From assembly GCA_023205875.1 (NCBI GenBank), contig CP060768.1, positions 124,001 to 188,000 on the forward strand: a stretch of 64,000 bases of DNA. Direction: 5' to 3'. A program made the position numbers and the translations under genes. The stretch is from Chloropicon primus (taxonomy: Eukaryota). The first letter of the stretch is position 1; each line of letters starts with the position of its first letter. Under the pieces are notes generated by a model. It had not been told where the DNA came from. It made no database searches and was given only the letters and a program-made list of their open reading frames with translations. Of this stretch, positions 44,794 to 56,789 are shown piece after piece.

Positions 44794-45607
44794 AGCCAGG
44801 ATGGAGGGCAGAGGAGGGACTTCAAACCATGTTTAGGAACGATTAAAAGGCGTTTGCCGGAAAGAAACTTGGTTCAATCGATACAACAGGTCTCTTGAGC
44901 TTGAGATCGAACCCAACATTGCCTTGTCTCCTTGGCATCTTCTGGAAACAGCACCAGCACCAGCATCGAGAACACCAGCCAGGATTGAGGGCAGAGGAGG
45001 GACTTCAAACCAAGTTTAGGAACGATTAAAAGGCGTTTACCGGAAAGAAACTTGGTTCAATCGATACAACAGGTCTCTTGAGCTTGAGATCGAACCCAAC
45101 ATTGCCTTGTCTCCTTGGCATCTTCTGGAAACAGCACCAGCACCAGCATCGAGAACACCAGCCAGGATTGAGGGCAGAGGAGGGACTTCAAACCAAGTTT
45201 AGGAACGATTAAAAGGCGTTTACCGGAAAGAAACTTGGTTCAATCGATACAACAGGTCTCTTGAGCTTGAGATCGAACTCAACATTGCCTTGTCTCCTTG
45301 GCATCTTCTGGAAACAGCACCAGCACCAGCATCGAGAACACCAGCCAGGATTGAGGGCAGAGGAGGGACTTCAAACCAAGTTTAGGAACGATTAAAAGGC
45401 GTTTGCCGGAAAGAAACTTGGTTCAATCGATACAACAGGTCTCTTGAGCTTGAGATCGAACCCAACATTGCCTTGTCTCCTTGGCATCTTCTGGAAACAG
45501 CACCAGCACCAGCATCGAGAACACCAGCCAGGATTGAGGGCAGAGGAGGGACTTCAAACCAAGTTTAGGAACGATTAAAAGGCGTTTACCGGAAAGAAAC
45601 TCGGTTC
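44794..45607. repeat. 183-bp tandem repeat, about 4.4 near-identical copies
   Basis: gggacttcaaacc recurs at 44816, 44999, 45182, 45365 and 45548. Confidence 0.95.
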
Positions 45608-45614
45608 CTTCGTC

Positions 45615-45992
45615 ATGTACTACCACCTCGTGCCCCAAACGGAGTGGAGGCTGTGCCAGGAGGAAGGCAAGCCGTACTACCCGAAGACCTACGAGGCAGA
45701 TGGCTTCACGCACTTGAGCGATAACACGGATGTGCTGCTATCAATAGGGAACCACTTTTACAAGACCATACCGGGGCGTTTCCTGGTTTTAGAAGTCGAC
45801 CCAGCCAGGCTGACCTCGGAGGTGAAGCTGGAGCCAGCTGCACCTGTTGGAGAGATCAAGCCACACGATACGATAGACGAGAAGCTCTTTCCCCACTGCT
45901 ACGGGCCCATCGACCTGGCAAGCGTCGTGAAGGAGCTCAAAGTCGACAGGAGCGATGACGACGGAGCGTTCCTCGGGCTGGAGAAGGCTTGA
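45615..45992 (+). CDS. DUF952 family protein
   Basis: YHLVPQTEW, YEADGFTHLS, LEVDPARL..EVKLE, FPHCYGPI. Confidence 0.85.
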   Translation: MYYHLVPQTEWRLCQEEGKPYYPKTYEADGFTHLSDNTDVLLSIGNHFYKTIPGRFLVLEVDPARLTSEVKLEPAAPVGEIKPHDTIDEKLFPHCYGPIDLASVVKELKVDRSDDDGAFLGLEKA

Positions 45993-46127
45993 GGAGGTGC
46001 GTGCGAGAAAAAATGGTTCCACAACAGCAACCTACTATTCGTATTCATATATATTATGTGTTTGTATTCATGCATTCTTCTCTTGGTTCTGGTGCCGAGC
46101 ACCACCAAAATAGTTGAGGGGCGTTCA

Positions 46128-47759
46128 TCATTGCCAGAGCAAGTACCCAATCTCATCCCACATATCGCAGGCTTCTGTCCTGAAACCGGCGGTGACGTTC
46201 GGCATGGTGTCGGTGAAGTTCATCCACACCCTCGACTGCTGATCGAATTGTGGCCAGGGCACCTGCGACTTGGGCTTCAGGACAGAAGATTCGTCCAAGG
46301 ACTTGGCCGTGACGAAGTCAATCCAGTAGCTTTGCGTGTGCAGGCCCAGCTCCTCGTCCGAACGCGTTCTCTTCAGGTACTTCATCGATGGCTCGGCAAA
46401 GAGGTCAAAGACGAAGGGGAGCTCCACGCCATGGCAAGAGTGACCCTCGCAGCAGAAGGCGTAAGGCCCCCAAAAGTCGCTCGTGTAACCATAACCAAAG
46501 TTGTACGTGAAGGTGGGGAGTCCCTGGGCTCTGAAAGACTTGGCCATAAAACGCGATGGACAGGTGAAGAGGTAATCGGTGGCGAGCTGCTGCAAGGCGA
46601 TCCTGTTGTCCTCGCCGGTGTACTTAGCATACATCTGAGCCACCCGGAACATGTGCGTGCCGAACAAGGCGAACAGGGCAAGGTCGTACGCCTCGTAGTC
46701 CAAAGGGAAACCGACCGCGGCGTAAATGAACGGGCGACCGTCCTCCCTGTTCGAGCCGGTCAGCAATGGAACTTTTGACTGCATCTCGCCATTCTTGTAG
46801 GCAAGGTAAGGGTGGATCGGGATCTCCTCATTGCCGTACGTTGGCATCCACGGCAGCACGTAGTGAATCGGCTGCGGAAGCGGAACGACGACGATGCTCT
46901 CCTGTATATCAACCAACGTTTCCAACTTCTTTGACCTCAGGCACTCGGTCACGTTCTGCGCATCCAGGCACTGAGCATCCTCAATGAACTGCGTGTAGTA
47001 CTTGTTGTCCCTTCCATACTGAATGAAGGGGATGCTCAATGGCCCGCTTTCCACGATAGCCCTGTGAAAGAGTCCCTTGCTCAAAGGAGAAACCAGATGA
47101 GAGATAACCGACATGGCTCCCGCGGACTCCCCTCCCACAGTGACCTGGTCCTTGTTCCCTCCGAACAACTGGATGTTATCTTGCACCCATTGCAGAGCTA
47201 GCCGCTGGTCCTGGAGCCCAAAGTTCCCCTTTATCTCAGTCTTGTGCGTCAGCCAACCCAAAGCACCCAACCTGTAATTCAAGTTCACAAGTATCAAGTC
47301 CCCTGCTCTTGCGAATTGCAAACCATTGTAAGCAACGCAGCCTCCAGCTCCTTCGAAGAATGACCCTCCGTGAATGAAGACGTAGACCGGCCAGCCTCCT
47401 TTGGGTGGAGTCTTGTCTGGGATGTAAACGTTCAAGTACAAGCAATCTTCTGACTGCTTGTCAGGACACATCAAGTCAGGCAACTTGCACATCTGAGGGC
47501 ACCCTGGAGCGAACTCGGTCGCGTTCAGGGTCTCAGTCCAGGGCGTTGGAGGTACTGGCGATGCAAAGCGAAGCTCGTTCACCGGAGGCTGGGCGAACGG
47601 TATCCCAAGAAAGCTCACTGTGCCATTGGCTCTTGAGCCTCTCACCGGTCCAAACTTGGTGATAACAAGAGTATCATCGTGCTTGGCAGCAGCAAAAGTG
47701 GAGAGAGCGGCAAGCAAGATCAAGATGGTGAGGTGTTTGGACCCAACCATGACTGGCAT
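46128..47759 (-). CDS. Secreted type-B carboxylesterase
   Basis: Signal peptide, FLGIPFAQPP, SEDCLYLNV, HGGSF, GESAG nucleophile, CHGVEL. Confidence 0.93.
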   Translation of the reverse strand: MPVMVGSKHLTILILLAALSTFAAAKHDDTLVITKFGPVRGSRANGTVSFLGIPFAQPPVNELRFASPVPPTPWTETLNATEFAPGCPQMCKLPDLMCPDKQSEDCLYLNVYIPDKTPPKGGWPVYVFIHGGSFFEGAGGCVAYNGLQFARAGDLILVNLNYRLGALGWLTHKTEIKGNFGLQDQRLALQWVQDNIQLFGGNKDQVTVGGESAGAMSVISHLVSPLSKGLFHRAIVESGPLSIPFIQYGRDNKYYTQFIEDAQCLDAQNVTECLRSKKLETLVDIQESIVVVPLPQPIHYVLPWMPTYGNEEIPIHPYLAYKNGEMQSKVPLLTGSNREDGRPFIYAAVGFPLDYEAYDLALFALFGTHMFRVAQMYAKYTGEDNRIALQQLATDYLFTCPSRFMAKSFRAQGLPTFTYNFGYGYTSDFWGPYAFCCEGHSCHGVELPFVFDLFAEPSMKYLKRTRSDEELGLHTQSYWIDFVTAKSLDESSVLKPKSQVPWPQFDQQSRVWMNFTDTMPNVTAGFRTEACDMWDEIGYLLWQ

Positions 47760-48129
47760 ACGTCGGGAGTGCCCTCCTTCTTTCCAAGACAAGGCGTTGG
47801 CGGCTGCTGACCTGGCCTTTGAGGCAATGTGGGTTATCGGATTTTTGTCCATGGGATGAATGTACCCGATCACATCAGGCACATCAGGGACAAGATGGAG
47901 GAGGATGGGCCCATCGTGGTGAGAAAGGATGCTCTCCCCCCCCGAACCATTGCTCCCTGCCTGCCTGCCTGTCCCTCTCTCCCTCTCTCTCCCTCTCTCT
48001 CTCTCCCTCTGCTCCCCCAGTCTGTCGAGCAGCGAGAGGGAGGTGTTTTAATATAATATCTAATAACTTTTACACGTTTTGGATGGTTGATGGAGATACA
48101 GAGGGTTGATCCTTGCTCCTCGTCTTTGA

Positions 48130-49776
48130 TCACAAGATGCCAGGCTCACGGTAATAGCCGACACTATCCCAAAAGTCGCACTGATCCTTCTTGAACTCCG
48201 TGATGGTCGCCGGGTGGGCGCTCGAAAAGTTCATCCAGACATCCCCCTGAGCCTGCCCGTATTTTGGCCAAGGGAGCTGGCTCACAGGTTGGTTTGGATC
48301 GCCGCTGAGGATGAAGTTCGACCAGTAAGTATTCATCTTCTTCGCAAGGGTCCTCTCCTCCACAGTTGCGTTCTTGATCGAGTTGATGTTGTTGAAAACG
48401 AACATGAGCTCGCCGCCGTGGCAAGGGTGGTCCGTGCACACTTGACCCCACGTGCCTGGCCCCCAAAACATGCGCGTGGGGTAGCCAAAGTCGTACAAGT
48501 ACGCCCCAATCTTCGAGTAAGCCTCCGACACGAACCTCCCAAGGCACTGGAAGAGGTAATCCGTCACCAGCCTTTCGATGACTGGCCTTTGGTCCCCGTG
48601 GCCCTGAGGAGGATAGTGATACAAGGCCTGCGGGCCCTTGGTGCCGAACAGGGCCAAGACTGCCACGGTGTATTCCGCCCGATTCATCGTGACGTTGTCA
48701 AAGCCAAAGACGAAGACTCTGGCGTCCTCCAAGTTGCCGCCCACCAGGACTGGTATCTGTGAAGTTTGGCCCTTCGACATAGCGAGATAGGGATGCACCG
48801 GCAAGTCCGCCGTCCCTATCGTAGGCGTCCAAGGCATCAAGATGATGTCCGGGTTAGGGAAGGGGAAGATGTCTGCCTGAGTCTTGTCCATGATGCTGAC
48901 AATGTCCTCGGCCGTGATTTTCCTCATGCAGCTCAGGAAGCCCGCGCCGTCCGAGCAGCCACTCTCCGCGACAAACTTGTTGTAGAACCTGTTGTTCTTA
49001 GGCGTAGTAAAAGGCAGCGCAATTGGACTGCTCTCGATAATGGCTTTTGAGAACAAGCCCTGCGAGTGGGGTGCCGCCATGTGACACATCACACTCACAG
49101 CTCCGGCACTCTCTCCGCCCAGAGTTACCCTCGTGTTGTCACCCCCGAAGCTCTCGATGTTGTCGCGCACCCACTGGAGGGACAAGATTTGATCTTGGAA
49201 CCCATAGTTGCCCTCGATGTCGCCGTACTCCAAGAATCCAAACGCTCCCAGCCTATAGTTCATCGTCACCAGGATGATCCCGTTCTCAGCAAACCCAAAG
49301 CCAGCGTACGCCAGCGTGCCGGCTGCCCCGTTCTGAAACGCTCCACCGTGTATGAAGACGTAAACTGGCCAGCCCTCTGCAGGAGGCTCGCTGTCTGGCA
49401 CGAACACATTGAGGTAGAGGCAGTCCTCTGACTGCTTTGGAGGGCACATGATGGGAGGCAGCATGCACGTCTGTGGGCAGCCGGGGCTGAAGTCAGTGGC
49501 ATTCAAGACTTCAGTCCAAGGCTCCATGTTTACTGGTGAACTGAACCGAAGATCTCCTACTGGTGGCTGGGCATAGGGTATTCCCATGAAGCTTACTGTT
49601 CCATTGGTGCGAAAGCCTTGTATTGGGCCATTTGGTGTCTGAACAAGCGTTGGCCTGGACCCACCGTTGGCTCCAACACCCCTCTTGCTCCTATAGTCTC
49701 GAACAGCCTCACAAGTATGGCAGGCCAACACCAAGGCCAAAGCGGCTAGAGCAACAAGCACCCCTCGTCGTGACAT
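48130..49776 (-). CDS. Secreted type-B carboxylesterase (diverged tandem paralogue)
   Basis: Signal peptide, SEDCLYLNV, HGGAF, GESAG, CHGGEL. Confidence 0.93.
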   Translation of the reverse strand: MSRRGVLVALAALALVLACHTCEAVRDYRSKRGVGANGGSRPTLVQTPNGPIQGFRTNGTVSFMGIPYAQPPVGDLRFSSPVNMEPWTEVLNATDFSPGCPQTCMLPPIMCPPKQSEDCLYLNVFVPDSEPPAEGWPVYVFIHGGAFQNGAAGTLAYAGFGFAENGIILVTMNYRLGAFGFLEYGDIEGNYGFQDQILSLQWVRDNIESFGGDNTRVTLGGESAGAVSVMCHMAAPHSQGLFSKAIIESSPIALPFTTPKNNRFYNKFVAESGCSDGAGFLSCMRKITAEDIVSIMDKTQADIFPFPNPDIILMPWTPTIGTADLPVHPYLAMSKGQTSQIPVLVGGNLEDARVFVFGFDNVTMNRAEYTVAVLALFGTKGPQALYHYPPQGHGDQRPVIERLVTDYLFQCLGRFVSEAYSKIGAYLYDFGYPTRMFWGPGTWGQVCTDHPCHGGELMFVFNNINSIKNATVEERTLAKKMNTYWSNFILSGDPNQPVSQLPWPKYGQAQGDVWMNFSSAHPATITEFKKDQCDFWDSVGYYREPGIL

Positions 49777-50419
49777 CACAGCAATGGTGCACAAGGGAAG
49801 GAAGTCGACTCGCTCAACCCGCTCGCTTCAGTCACCTTGCACTTCCTTGTGACTGACTCCTCTTGGCCTCCGCCTATCGATAGGACTGCTGAAGGGGGGT
49901 GGCGCAAGCTACACAAACTTTGGGCACACCTCAACGAGGAACCCAATCAAAAAAGATGGAGTCTTGGTCCCTGCTTGAGCCCCCTTCCACCGTCTCCCTC
50001 TCCGCTTGGACTGAAGTACACAATAGGCTCGCCTCACAAGCAAACTGGATAGGCTAAACTGGAACAAAAGTGGCAACTGAGTGGCAACTTAAAAACGTGA
50101 TTCGTCTCCAGTTCCAGCAAACTGAAAACTGAGACTATAGACTATAGACTGAGAAAGACAGAGACAGAGACAGAGGCAGGGAGACATCAAGGGGATGGTG
50201 CTTCCTTGCTTCCTTGCTTCCTTGCTTGGGGCAAGATTAGGGCGTCACTCGTTTCAATTCTTCAGAGACACCGCTTTGGGGCGAGCCTGCTGTGTTGCGG
50301 CCTAGAAAGTCTTACGAAAATAGTTGCTTGTCGTTGCTCTGAAATAACAACAACAAGGAACCGCGAGGGCGGTTCGTGGCTTAAAAATCATTATGTTACA
50401 AATCAATACCACCGAAGCC

Positions 50420-51511
50420 TCAAAGCCTCGCAGCTAGCCTCCACCTGATCCCAGAGCCAGTCACCAACTTTTTTCCTAGCCCCCTCTCGAACACCCAGTA
50501 CTCTGATACGTCGGTCATATCGTTCACGCTTCCGGCAACAATGTTTCCTGAGGCGTCGTAGGCCGCCAGGCTTTGCTTGGAGGAGATCTTGCACGTCAGC
50601 TGAGCGAACTGAACTTCGGGCGCCACCTGAACCACCCTTCCTTGCATCAACTCCAGCTTCAAGTCCTCGACTTTCCAGTCCAGTTTCTCCCACCCGTTCT
50701 TCTTCCTGTCCATCAGCTCTTTCTTGTAAACCCTCATGGCCTTCTCCGTGACGTTCTCCTCGATCTTCTTGCGGCTCCCTTTCGAGGCAGCCTCGTTGAT
50801 CGTCTCGTAGAGCTGCGCGAGCTCCACCTTGAGGTCCCTGAGCTTGAAGTTTGGGATGCCCTGCATGCATTTGCTCAGCGTAAACAGGGACTTGCCTGTG
50901 TTCACGAAGTACCTCTGCCACCTCGCCCTCCAGCCCTCCACCGTGAGAAGAGACTGCCAGGTCAGAGTCTCTTCCTTCTTCCAGGGCTCGACGAGTATCC
51001 CAGGAGACACGAACACAATTTTCAAAGGCACACTCGCACCCATGGGCCTGTTGATCGGTGCCCGAGGCTTTCCTGGCCGCCCCTTTGCGTACCCCCTGGC
51101 ATCCATCACCACCCCCTCCATCCCCAGACACAAGCCACCCCCTCCACCCCCTCTGGCCACTCCCTTGCCTCTGTTCTCCACCTTGTCCCTTGTCCCCATT
51201 CCACCTTGTTGTGCATCACTCGTCGCCATCAAACTCGTTTTGAATCCGGCCAAGGTCGACAGAGCCTTGGACGCCATCCATCCCACACCATGAACCGCAT
51301 CCTCCACCTTCCCAACCCTCGTGGTCCCCCACAAGTCCCTCCTCCAAGCTGGGCCTTGGCCATGCCCATCCCCATGGCCAAGCCTCTTCGAGTCTTCCGT
51401 CCTCGTATAGAATCCTGTCAAGCTTGACGTGAGCGACATGGAAGACATCCCGATGCTCCGATGGATCGCCCTCTCATGCTTGACGACGTTCAGGACCCGT
51501 GACATCATCAT
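50420..51511 (-). CDS. Tim44-domain protein (MRPL45/MBA1-like), mitochondrial
   Basis: FAQLTCKISSKQSLAAYDASG...DVSEYWVFER...WRLAARL. Confidence 0.8.
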   Translation of the reverse strand: MMMSRVLNVVKHERAIHRSIGMSSMSLTSSLTGFYTRTEDSKRLGHGDGHGQGPAWRRDLWGTTRVGKVEDAVHGVGWMASKALSTLAGFKTSLMATSDAQQGGMGTRDKVENRGKGVARGGGGGGLCLGMEGVVMDARGYAKGRPGKPRAPINRPMGASVPLKIVFVSPGILVEPWKKEETLTWQSLLTVEGWRARWQRYFVNTGKSLFTLSKCMQGIPNFKLRDLKVELAQLYETINEAASKGSRKKIEENVTEKAMRVYKKELMDRKKNGWEKLDWKVEDLKLELMQGRVVQVAPEVQFAQLTCKISSKQSLAAYDASGNIVAGSVNDMTDVSEYWVFERGLGKKLVTGSGIRWRLAARL

Positions 51512-52120
51512 GGCGCACCTCTTCACCCCTTTAGGTCGTCGACTGGCAGCACAAGCACAAGTGACGGCGGAGCACGAGGACGGCGGGGTTCACCATCACC
51601 ATCACCGTCACCGTGAGGACGAGGACGAGGACGAGGGCGTGAGGTGACGCGGCCTCTCGACAGAGCGACACAAGGCGTCCGCTATCTTCGCCAAGTTGGA
51701 GAGAAGAGAGAGAGAGAGAGAAGAGAGGAGGAGAAGATGGAGGGATCCAGATGGATGGCTTTGATGGATTGAGCAGCAAGGTTTGGCATTGAGTACGAGG
51801 AGCTTGGTTCCGCATTCGTGGGAGAGTTTGCGGGGTGGCTCTGCGTTGGTACCGGAAGGAGTCGCCGTCTTTGCCATCGCAACCAAGTTGTAGAGAGGAA
51901 GGGAGAGGGGTCAATCAGAAGGGAGGGAGGGACCCAGATTGATTGACCTGGCTTGGCTTGGCTGGCTCGGCTTTGCTGGTGTGGAGGGGAGAGAGAGGAG
52001 GGGAGGGGAGGGAAGGTTAAGGCTGGATTGATTGAGATAGTGTGCCTACTGAAGGGTCGTCGATTGCTGAGGGAAGGGGAAGGTCTCCTGGGGAAACTGT
52101 GACGACGAGGACCAACCAGG

Positions 52121-52450
52121 ATGCTCGACTGTCAGGAGCTGGTGGAGGGTGTGAGGAGGGGAGCGAGGGAACAGGCGGAGGTGGTGGAGGAGATCGCTGC
52201 CTTGAGGGTGGAGGGGAGCGAGGAGGGGTCGCTGGGACGGCTCGTGGAAGCTTACGAGGCGAGCGCGACAAAGATAAGAGAAGCGGTGAAGACGAGAAGC
52301 AAGGGGTTCTCCGTCCTGAATGCGGTCTGGCTGGGCGAGGCGGCCAGCAAAGCGCTGCAGGACCAAATCAACGAGTGCGATGCGACGATACTGTCGCTGA
52401 TCAAGGAGACTAGGTCCGCACTGGACGCGATAAACGTGGTCGCAGAGTGA
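52121..52450 (+). CDS. Hypothetical small helical/coiled-coil protein
   Basis: 109-aa ATG-initiated ORF with host-like codon usage; no motif recognised. Confidence 0.5.
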   Translation: MLDCQELVEGVRRGAREQAEVVEEIAALRVEGSEEGSLGRLVEAYEASATKIREAVKTRSKGFSVLNAVWLGEAASKALQDQINECDATILSLIKETRSALDAINVVAE

Positions 52451-52560
52451 GGTCGCTCTCGCGCGCGTTGTACCAAAACCAAAACTGACTTGACTTGTAA
52501 AACTACAAACAAAAAAATAAACCCGATAGCGACGGAGCTCGTTGCCACGAGACTCGCTGG

Positions 52561-53640
52561 CTAGGTGCACTCCAGCCTCAGGCCCGCGAGCGCCTCGAAG
52601 CCCCCCCTCTCGTCCTCCCTCCTGGCGTACTCGTAGCCCAGATCCATCAGTTTCGTGACCCCGTCAAAGGACTTGAGCTGCATGAAGTCGAAGAAGTCGT
52701 CCTGGAGGGCCTCGTCCTTCATGTAAGTGAGGTAGATGTCCTGCTGCTTCGGGACGTCCGGGAGGCCCATCGTCTCGCCAATCACTCCCTCGCTGTACCT
52801 GTCCTTGAAGTACACCAAGTCCTCCCGCTCCTCCTGGTCGGAGTTGGTCGGATTCGTGATGAGCCTGTAGAGCGGCCTCCGACCGGTCTCCGACTTCGAC
52901 ACGTAGTTGTTCTTCAGGGCGCTCCCATCGATGCACAGCCTGCCCCTGAAGGAGGAGAAGGGCTTGTAATCGAGCAGGAACGGGATGTGGACGCTCGCCA
53001 TCAAGGCCTCGATCAGGTCCGACCTGCTCCGGAAGGAGCTGACGCGGGTCCGCTTCAGGGGCAGGACCTCGAGGACGCAAATCCCGACGCGAGACTCGCA
53101 CAGCTTGTGGGCGTCCTCTGGAAGGAGCTCCTCGAGCCACTCCCTGACGAGCCTCCCCCATACGCCGACTAGAGCGAGAGGCCTCTCGTATATTTTGTTC
53201 TCCTCCGCGAGCCGGTACGCGACCTTGGCCGAGTGCCTGAAGTCAATGCCGCAGGCCACGAGGGCAATGGCAAGGGCCCCAGCGCTCGCCCCCAGGAGAT
53301 TCGTGCCCTTGAGGTCGTACCTCTCCCCCAGGTACTCCAGCACCCCGGCATTCCACCAAAAATAGATGCCCCCCCCAGGGAACGAGACGATGGGACGAGA
53401 AGGAGAAGGGGAAGGAGAAGGAGGAGCTTCTTGGGCGGAGGAGGACGAGTGCCTCCTCATTTCCACCCTCCCCCTCCTCAGCCCGGACCTTCTTCCTCCT
53501 GTGGTGGTGCCAACATGATGATGATTGTGTTGATGATGATGATGATGATGTCGATGGCTGGTGCCCCTCCTTGGTCGTCTCGCTGCGCAGGAGGAGGAGC
53601 GCGCGGAGGATTTTCGACGGGATAAGAGCCCACGCCGCAT
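52561..53640 (-). CDS. Patatin-like phospholipase
   Basis: SFPGGGIYF, GASAG nucleophile elbow, ALMASVHIPF, CIDGS. Confidence 0.9.
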   Translation of the reverse strand: MRRGLLSRRKSSARSSSCAARRPRRGTSHRHHHHHHQHNHHHVGTTTGGRRSGLRRGRVEMRRHSSSSAQEAPPSPSPSPSRPIVSFPGGGIYFWWNAGVLEYLGERYDLKGTNLLGASAGALAIALVACGIDFRHSAKVAYRLAEENKIYERPLALVGVWGRLVREWLEELLPEDAHKLCESRVGICVLEVLPLKRTRVSSFRSRSDLIEALMASVHIPFLLDYKPFSSFRGRLCIDGSALKNNYVSKSETGRRPLYRLITNPTNSDQEEREDLVYFKDRYSEGVIGETMGLPDVPKQQDIYLTYMKDEALQDDFFDFMQLKSFDGVTKLMDLGYEYARREDERGGFEALAGLRLECT

Positions 53641-53856
53641 CGTCGTCGTCGCGATCCCTTCGCTCAGTCGCAGAAAGAAAGGTGTTTCTGCTGCTGCTGC
53701 TGCTAATGCTAATGCTAATGATGATGATCCTTTCGAAGTTGTTCACCCCCTGGCCGTTCCCCAAGACCGAGAGGTCGTTGGAAAGCTCGTGCGACGAGGA
53801 TAAGCGCTACGCTTCCGTCCGCGCCTCTTGGCCGCTCCGCTCGCCGTCGCCCGGCT

Positions 53857-53895
<39 letters not shown>

Positions 53896-55389
53896 TTCTC
53901 TCCCGGCGCATCCCAGCCACAGATTCTGCGCTGCCAAAGAGGAGCGGAGGAGGAGCATTGAGGAGGAGGCGGAAGGAGGCGTCGTGTGTTCTCTTGGTCT
54001 TTCCAAAGAGAAGAGAAGAATCCATCGCACTTGATCTGAACACCACATTCCCGTGACGTGACCCAGGGAGAGGTTTGAGGTGAAGGTTGAAGGGATAGCC
54101 TGCGGAAGGTGACACCAGCACGGCCTCTTTCCCCCCAGACTTCGAAAAGAGATTGAGGTCGCTGACGAGGAGAAGCACATTGTGTCCCGGACTTCTTGAC
54201 TTCTTCTTGTTCTTCTTGTTCTTGTTGTGTTGCCCAGGGAAGAGAGAAAGAGGGGAGGAGGACGAGTCATCATGGAGGACGAGGAAGAAGAGGAAGAGGC
54301 AAAGAAAGGGAGTGCAACCAATTTGCTGCAATCGCTCATCGCCCGCATGATCACCGAGAGCAGTGTGCAGTAAGCAAGAGAAGCAAGAGATGGAACAGAG
54401 AACCCCTCCCCACCCCCCCTCAAAGAAAAATTACGGCCACCACCAACCAAAAATGGAGGAGGAGGGCAGTCAGAGAGCTCTCCATCCATGGGAAGAAAGG
54501 CCAGCCCACCGCTCCCTCACTCCGCTTGCTCCTCTTTCGACAGAGCCGTCTCTTGAAAGCAATACGCGAGGACTTGAGCGAGCGAGAGAGCGGGAAAGGA
54601 TTCTCATTCATTCATTGGTTTGTCGTGAGAGGAGAGGCCTTCGTCCATTCGTTGGCAAGCATTAGCGATGCTCCTCCTCCTGCCCTGCGTCCGTTCCGTC
54701 TCTTTTTTTTTTCGATATTTTGGTTCTGCTGACTCATCAGATTACGTTCTTTGGGTGACGTTTTAATGGGATACGTCTCTCCATACATATTATAACGCCT
54801 TTGTGAAAACAGAATTACCATTAAACATGATAATTGTACTTTCTTAAGAAAACGTATTCTTTGAGAGATGGATTAATGTTCGATTTTGAAGTTCTTTGGC
54901 GGACTTCTCCCGTCCATCACGTGCAAAAAGCCCTGCAGCACGTGAGGGTGGGCCCTTCAAAAAGCGAAACGTGAAGCACGCTTGACCTCGAGGTGAGTTG
55001 GAGAGCAAAGCGCGCGGCGGTGTGTGATCGGGTGCGGCGGGGACGATGCCACCGAGACCACCTCCTCCGTCGTCTCGTGACCTTTCGATTGAGCCGTCTC
55101 TCTTTTTTTTTGGACTCCAACTCCGAACAAGGTTTTTGGTTTTGTGGTTGTTTGTGCCGTGCGTGTTTCCTCTGACGAGGTTTTCTCTCTTCGTCTCTTC
55201 ATCTCTTCTTCGCCTTGCCTGGTTGCTCTTAGTTGCTCACCCCCAGCTTCTCTTGTACTTCGGCAGCGAGCGAAGCCCCGGTCCCGGTGCTTGAGCTCCG
55301 GAAGCCTCGAAGCCAACCGCCATCGCCATCCCCTTTCCCATCACCACCACCACCACCACCACCATCGGATAACGTTTCAACTTCGGATA

Positions 55390-56599
55390 ATGTTGCTAGT
55401 GGCCTCCTCGAGAAGCTCATCGATAACCAGCAGGATTATTCAGACGGCGGGAGGTCGCTTTTGTGGGACGACGCCGGCGGCGAGGGGAACGCCGAACCAG
55501 CAGCGCTTGAGCTCCTTGAGCTCCTCCTCGAGCAAGCTCGTTCTTGGGAGGGACAGAGAGGCCCGCTCGGCTTGGACAAGAAGGGTGGTCCCCCGTGCGG
55601 AGTTCGACGGGAGCAGACGCGTGGGAGAGCCGGCGGGGGACGATGAGGACGACTCGCTCGTGCAGGTGAGAAACGAGAATCGAAACCGGCCCCCCTATCC
55701 GATGACTCATCCACCAAATCGATCATCCGCTCACACGCGCGCGCTTCGCTCTTATCCCCCAACCCTCCAAACGACAACAACAACAACAACAACAGGTGAC
55801 GGTAGAGCGCGTCGTCAAGTCCGACAAGAATGAGGCGAGCGTGCTTTACCTGTCCCTCCTGGACAGGAGCGGCTCCATCATGCCCGTCTACGTCGGGGAG
55901 GCGGAGAGCGTGGCCCTGGACATGGAGCTCTCCAACAAGAGGACCACGGCGAGGCCCATCATGTACGACCTCTTCAAGTCCTTCGTGGAAACTTCGGGCT
56001 ACGAGCTGAGCCACGTGATCATCGACGACCTCAAGTCGAAGACGTACCACGCGACGTGCTACTTCAGCGACCTGGACAAGCCGGCCGGCGTGACCATCAA
56101 GCTCGACAGCAGGCCGAGCGACGCCCTGAACCTCGCCGTGAGGTTCAACAAGCCCGTGTACGTCACCAAGGTGGTCCTGGAGAAGGCGAGGGACTTCCTG
56201 ATCCCCTCGGACAAGGTCGTTCACTTCAAGGCGGAGGGCCCGCACTTCAGGGAAGTGATGGACAACAACCGCATGAGCCGCACGCGCCCCCTGGGCAAGG
56301 CCGGGAGGGAGGAGATCGAAGCGAGCATCAGGAGGCTTCTGATGCACTACGTCGACCCGGACATCGTGGAGCTCCAGGCCAGGCTCCAGGTCGCCGTGAG
56401 CAAGGAGCTCTACGAGGACGCTGCCAAGATCAGGGACGAGATGGGGGAGGCCATGAGCAAGGACAGGATGGCCTCGGTCTGCGTGGCCATGGAGTCCGCG
56501 GTGAACGACAAGCGCTTCGAGGAGGCCGCCGTCCTGAGGAACACTTTCCTGTTCCTCAGGGAGCAGAGGGACAAGGAGGATAAGAGAAAGATCGCCTAG
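55390..56599 (+). CDS. Bifunctional nuclease (DUF151/BFN) with UVR coiled-coil domains (intron 55666-55795)
   Basis: MPVYVGEAES, RPIMYDL, LDSRPSDALNLAVRF, LQVAVSKELYEDAAKIRD, AVNDKRFEEAAVLR. Confidence 0.88.
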
Positions 56600-56789
56600 G
56601 CAGGGGACCCCAACCAACAACAACAACAACAACAACATTTGACACATTACTCGCAACAATATCTTTGTAGTAGTAAGGAACGCAACACATTTTTAACAAA
56701 AACCCGGCAGAACAACACTCACAGACAGACAGAGAGAGGGGGGGGGGAGCGCAAGCCACTTCCTTCCTCCTCCTCCTCCTTCCCTGGGC

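Noticed and set aside
53850..54920. Short ORFs and an AT-rich patch upstream of the patatin gene (possible uORF or ncRNA)
   Set aside because: No recognisable motif, structure or splice model.
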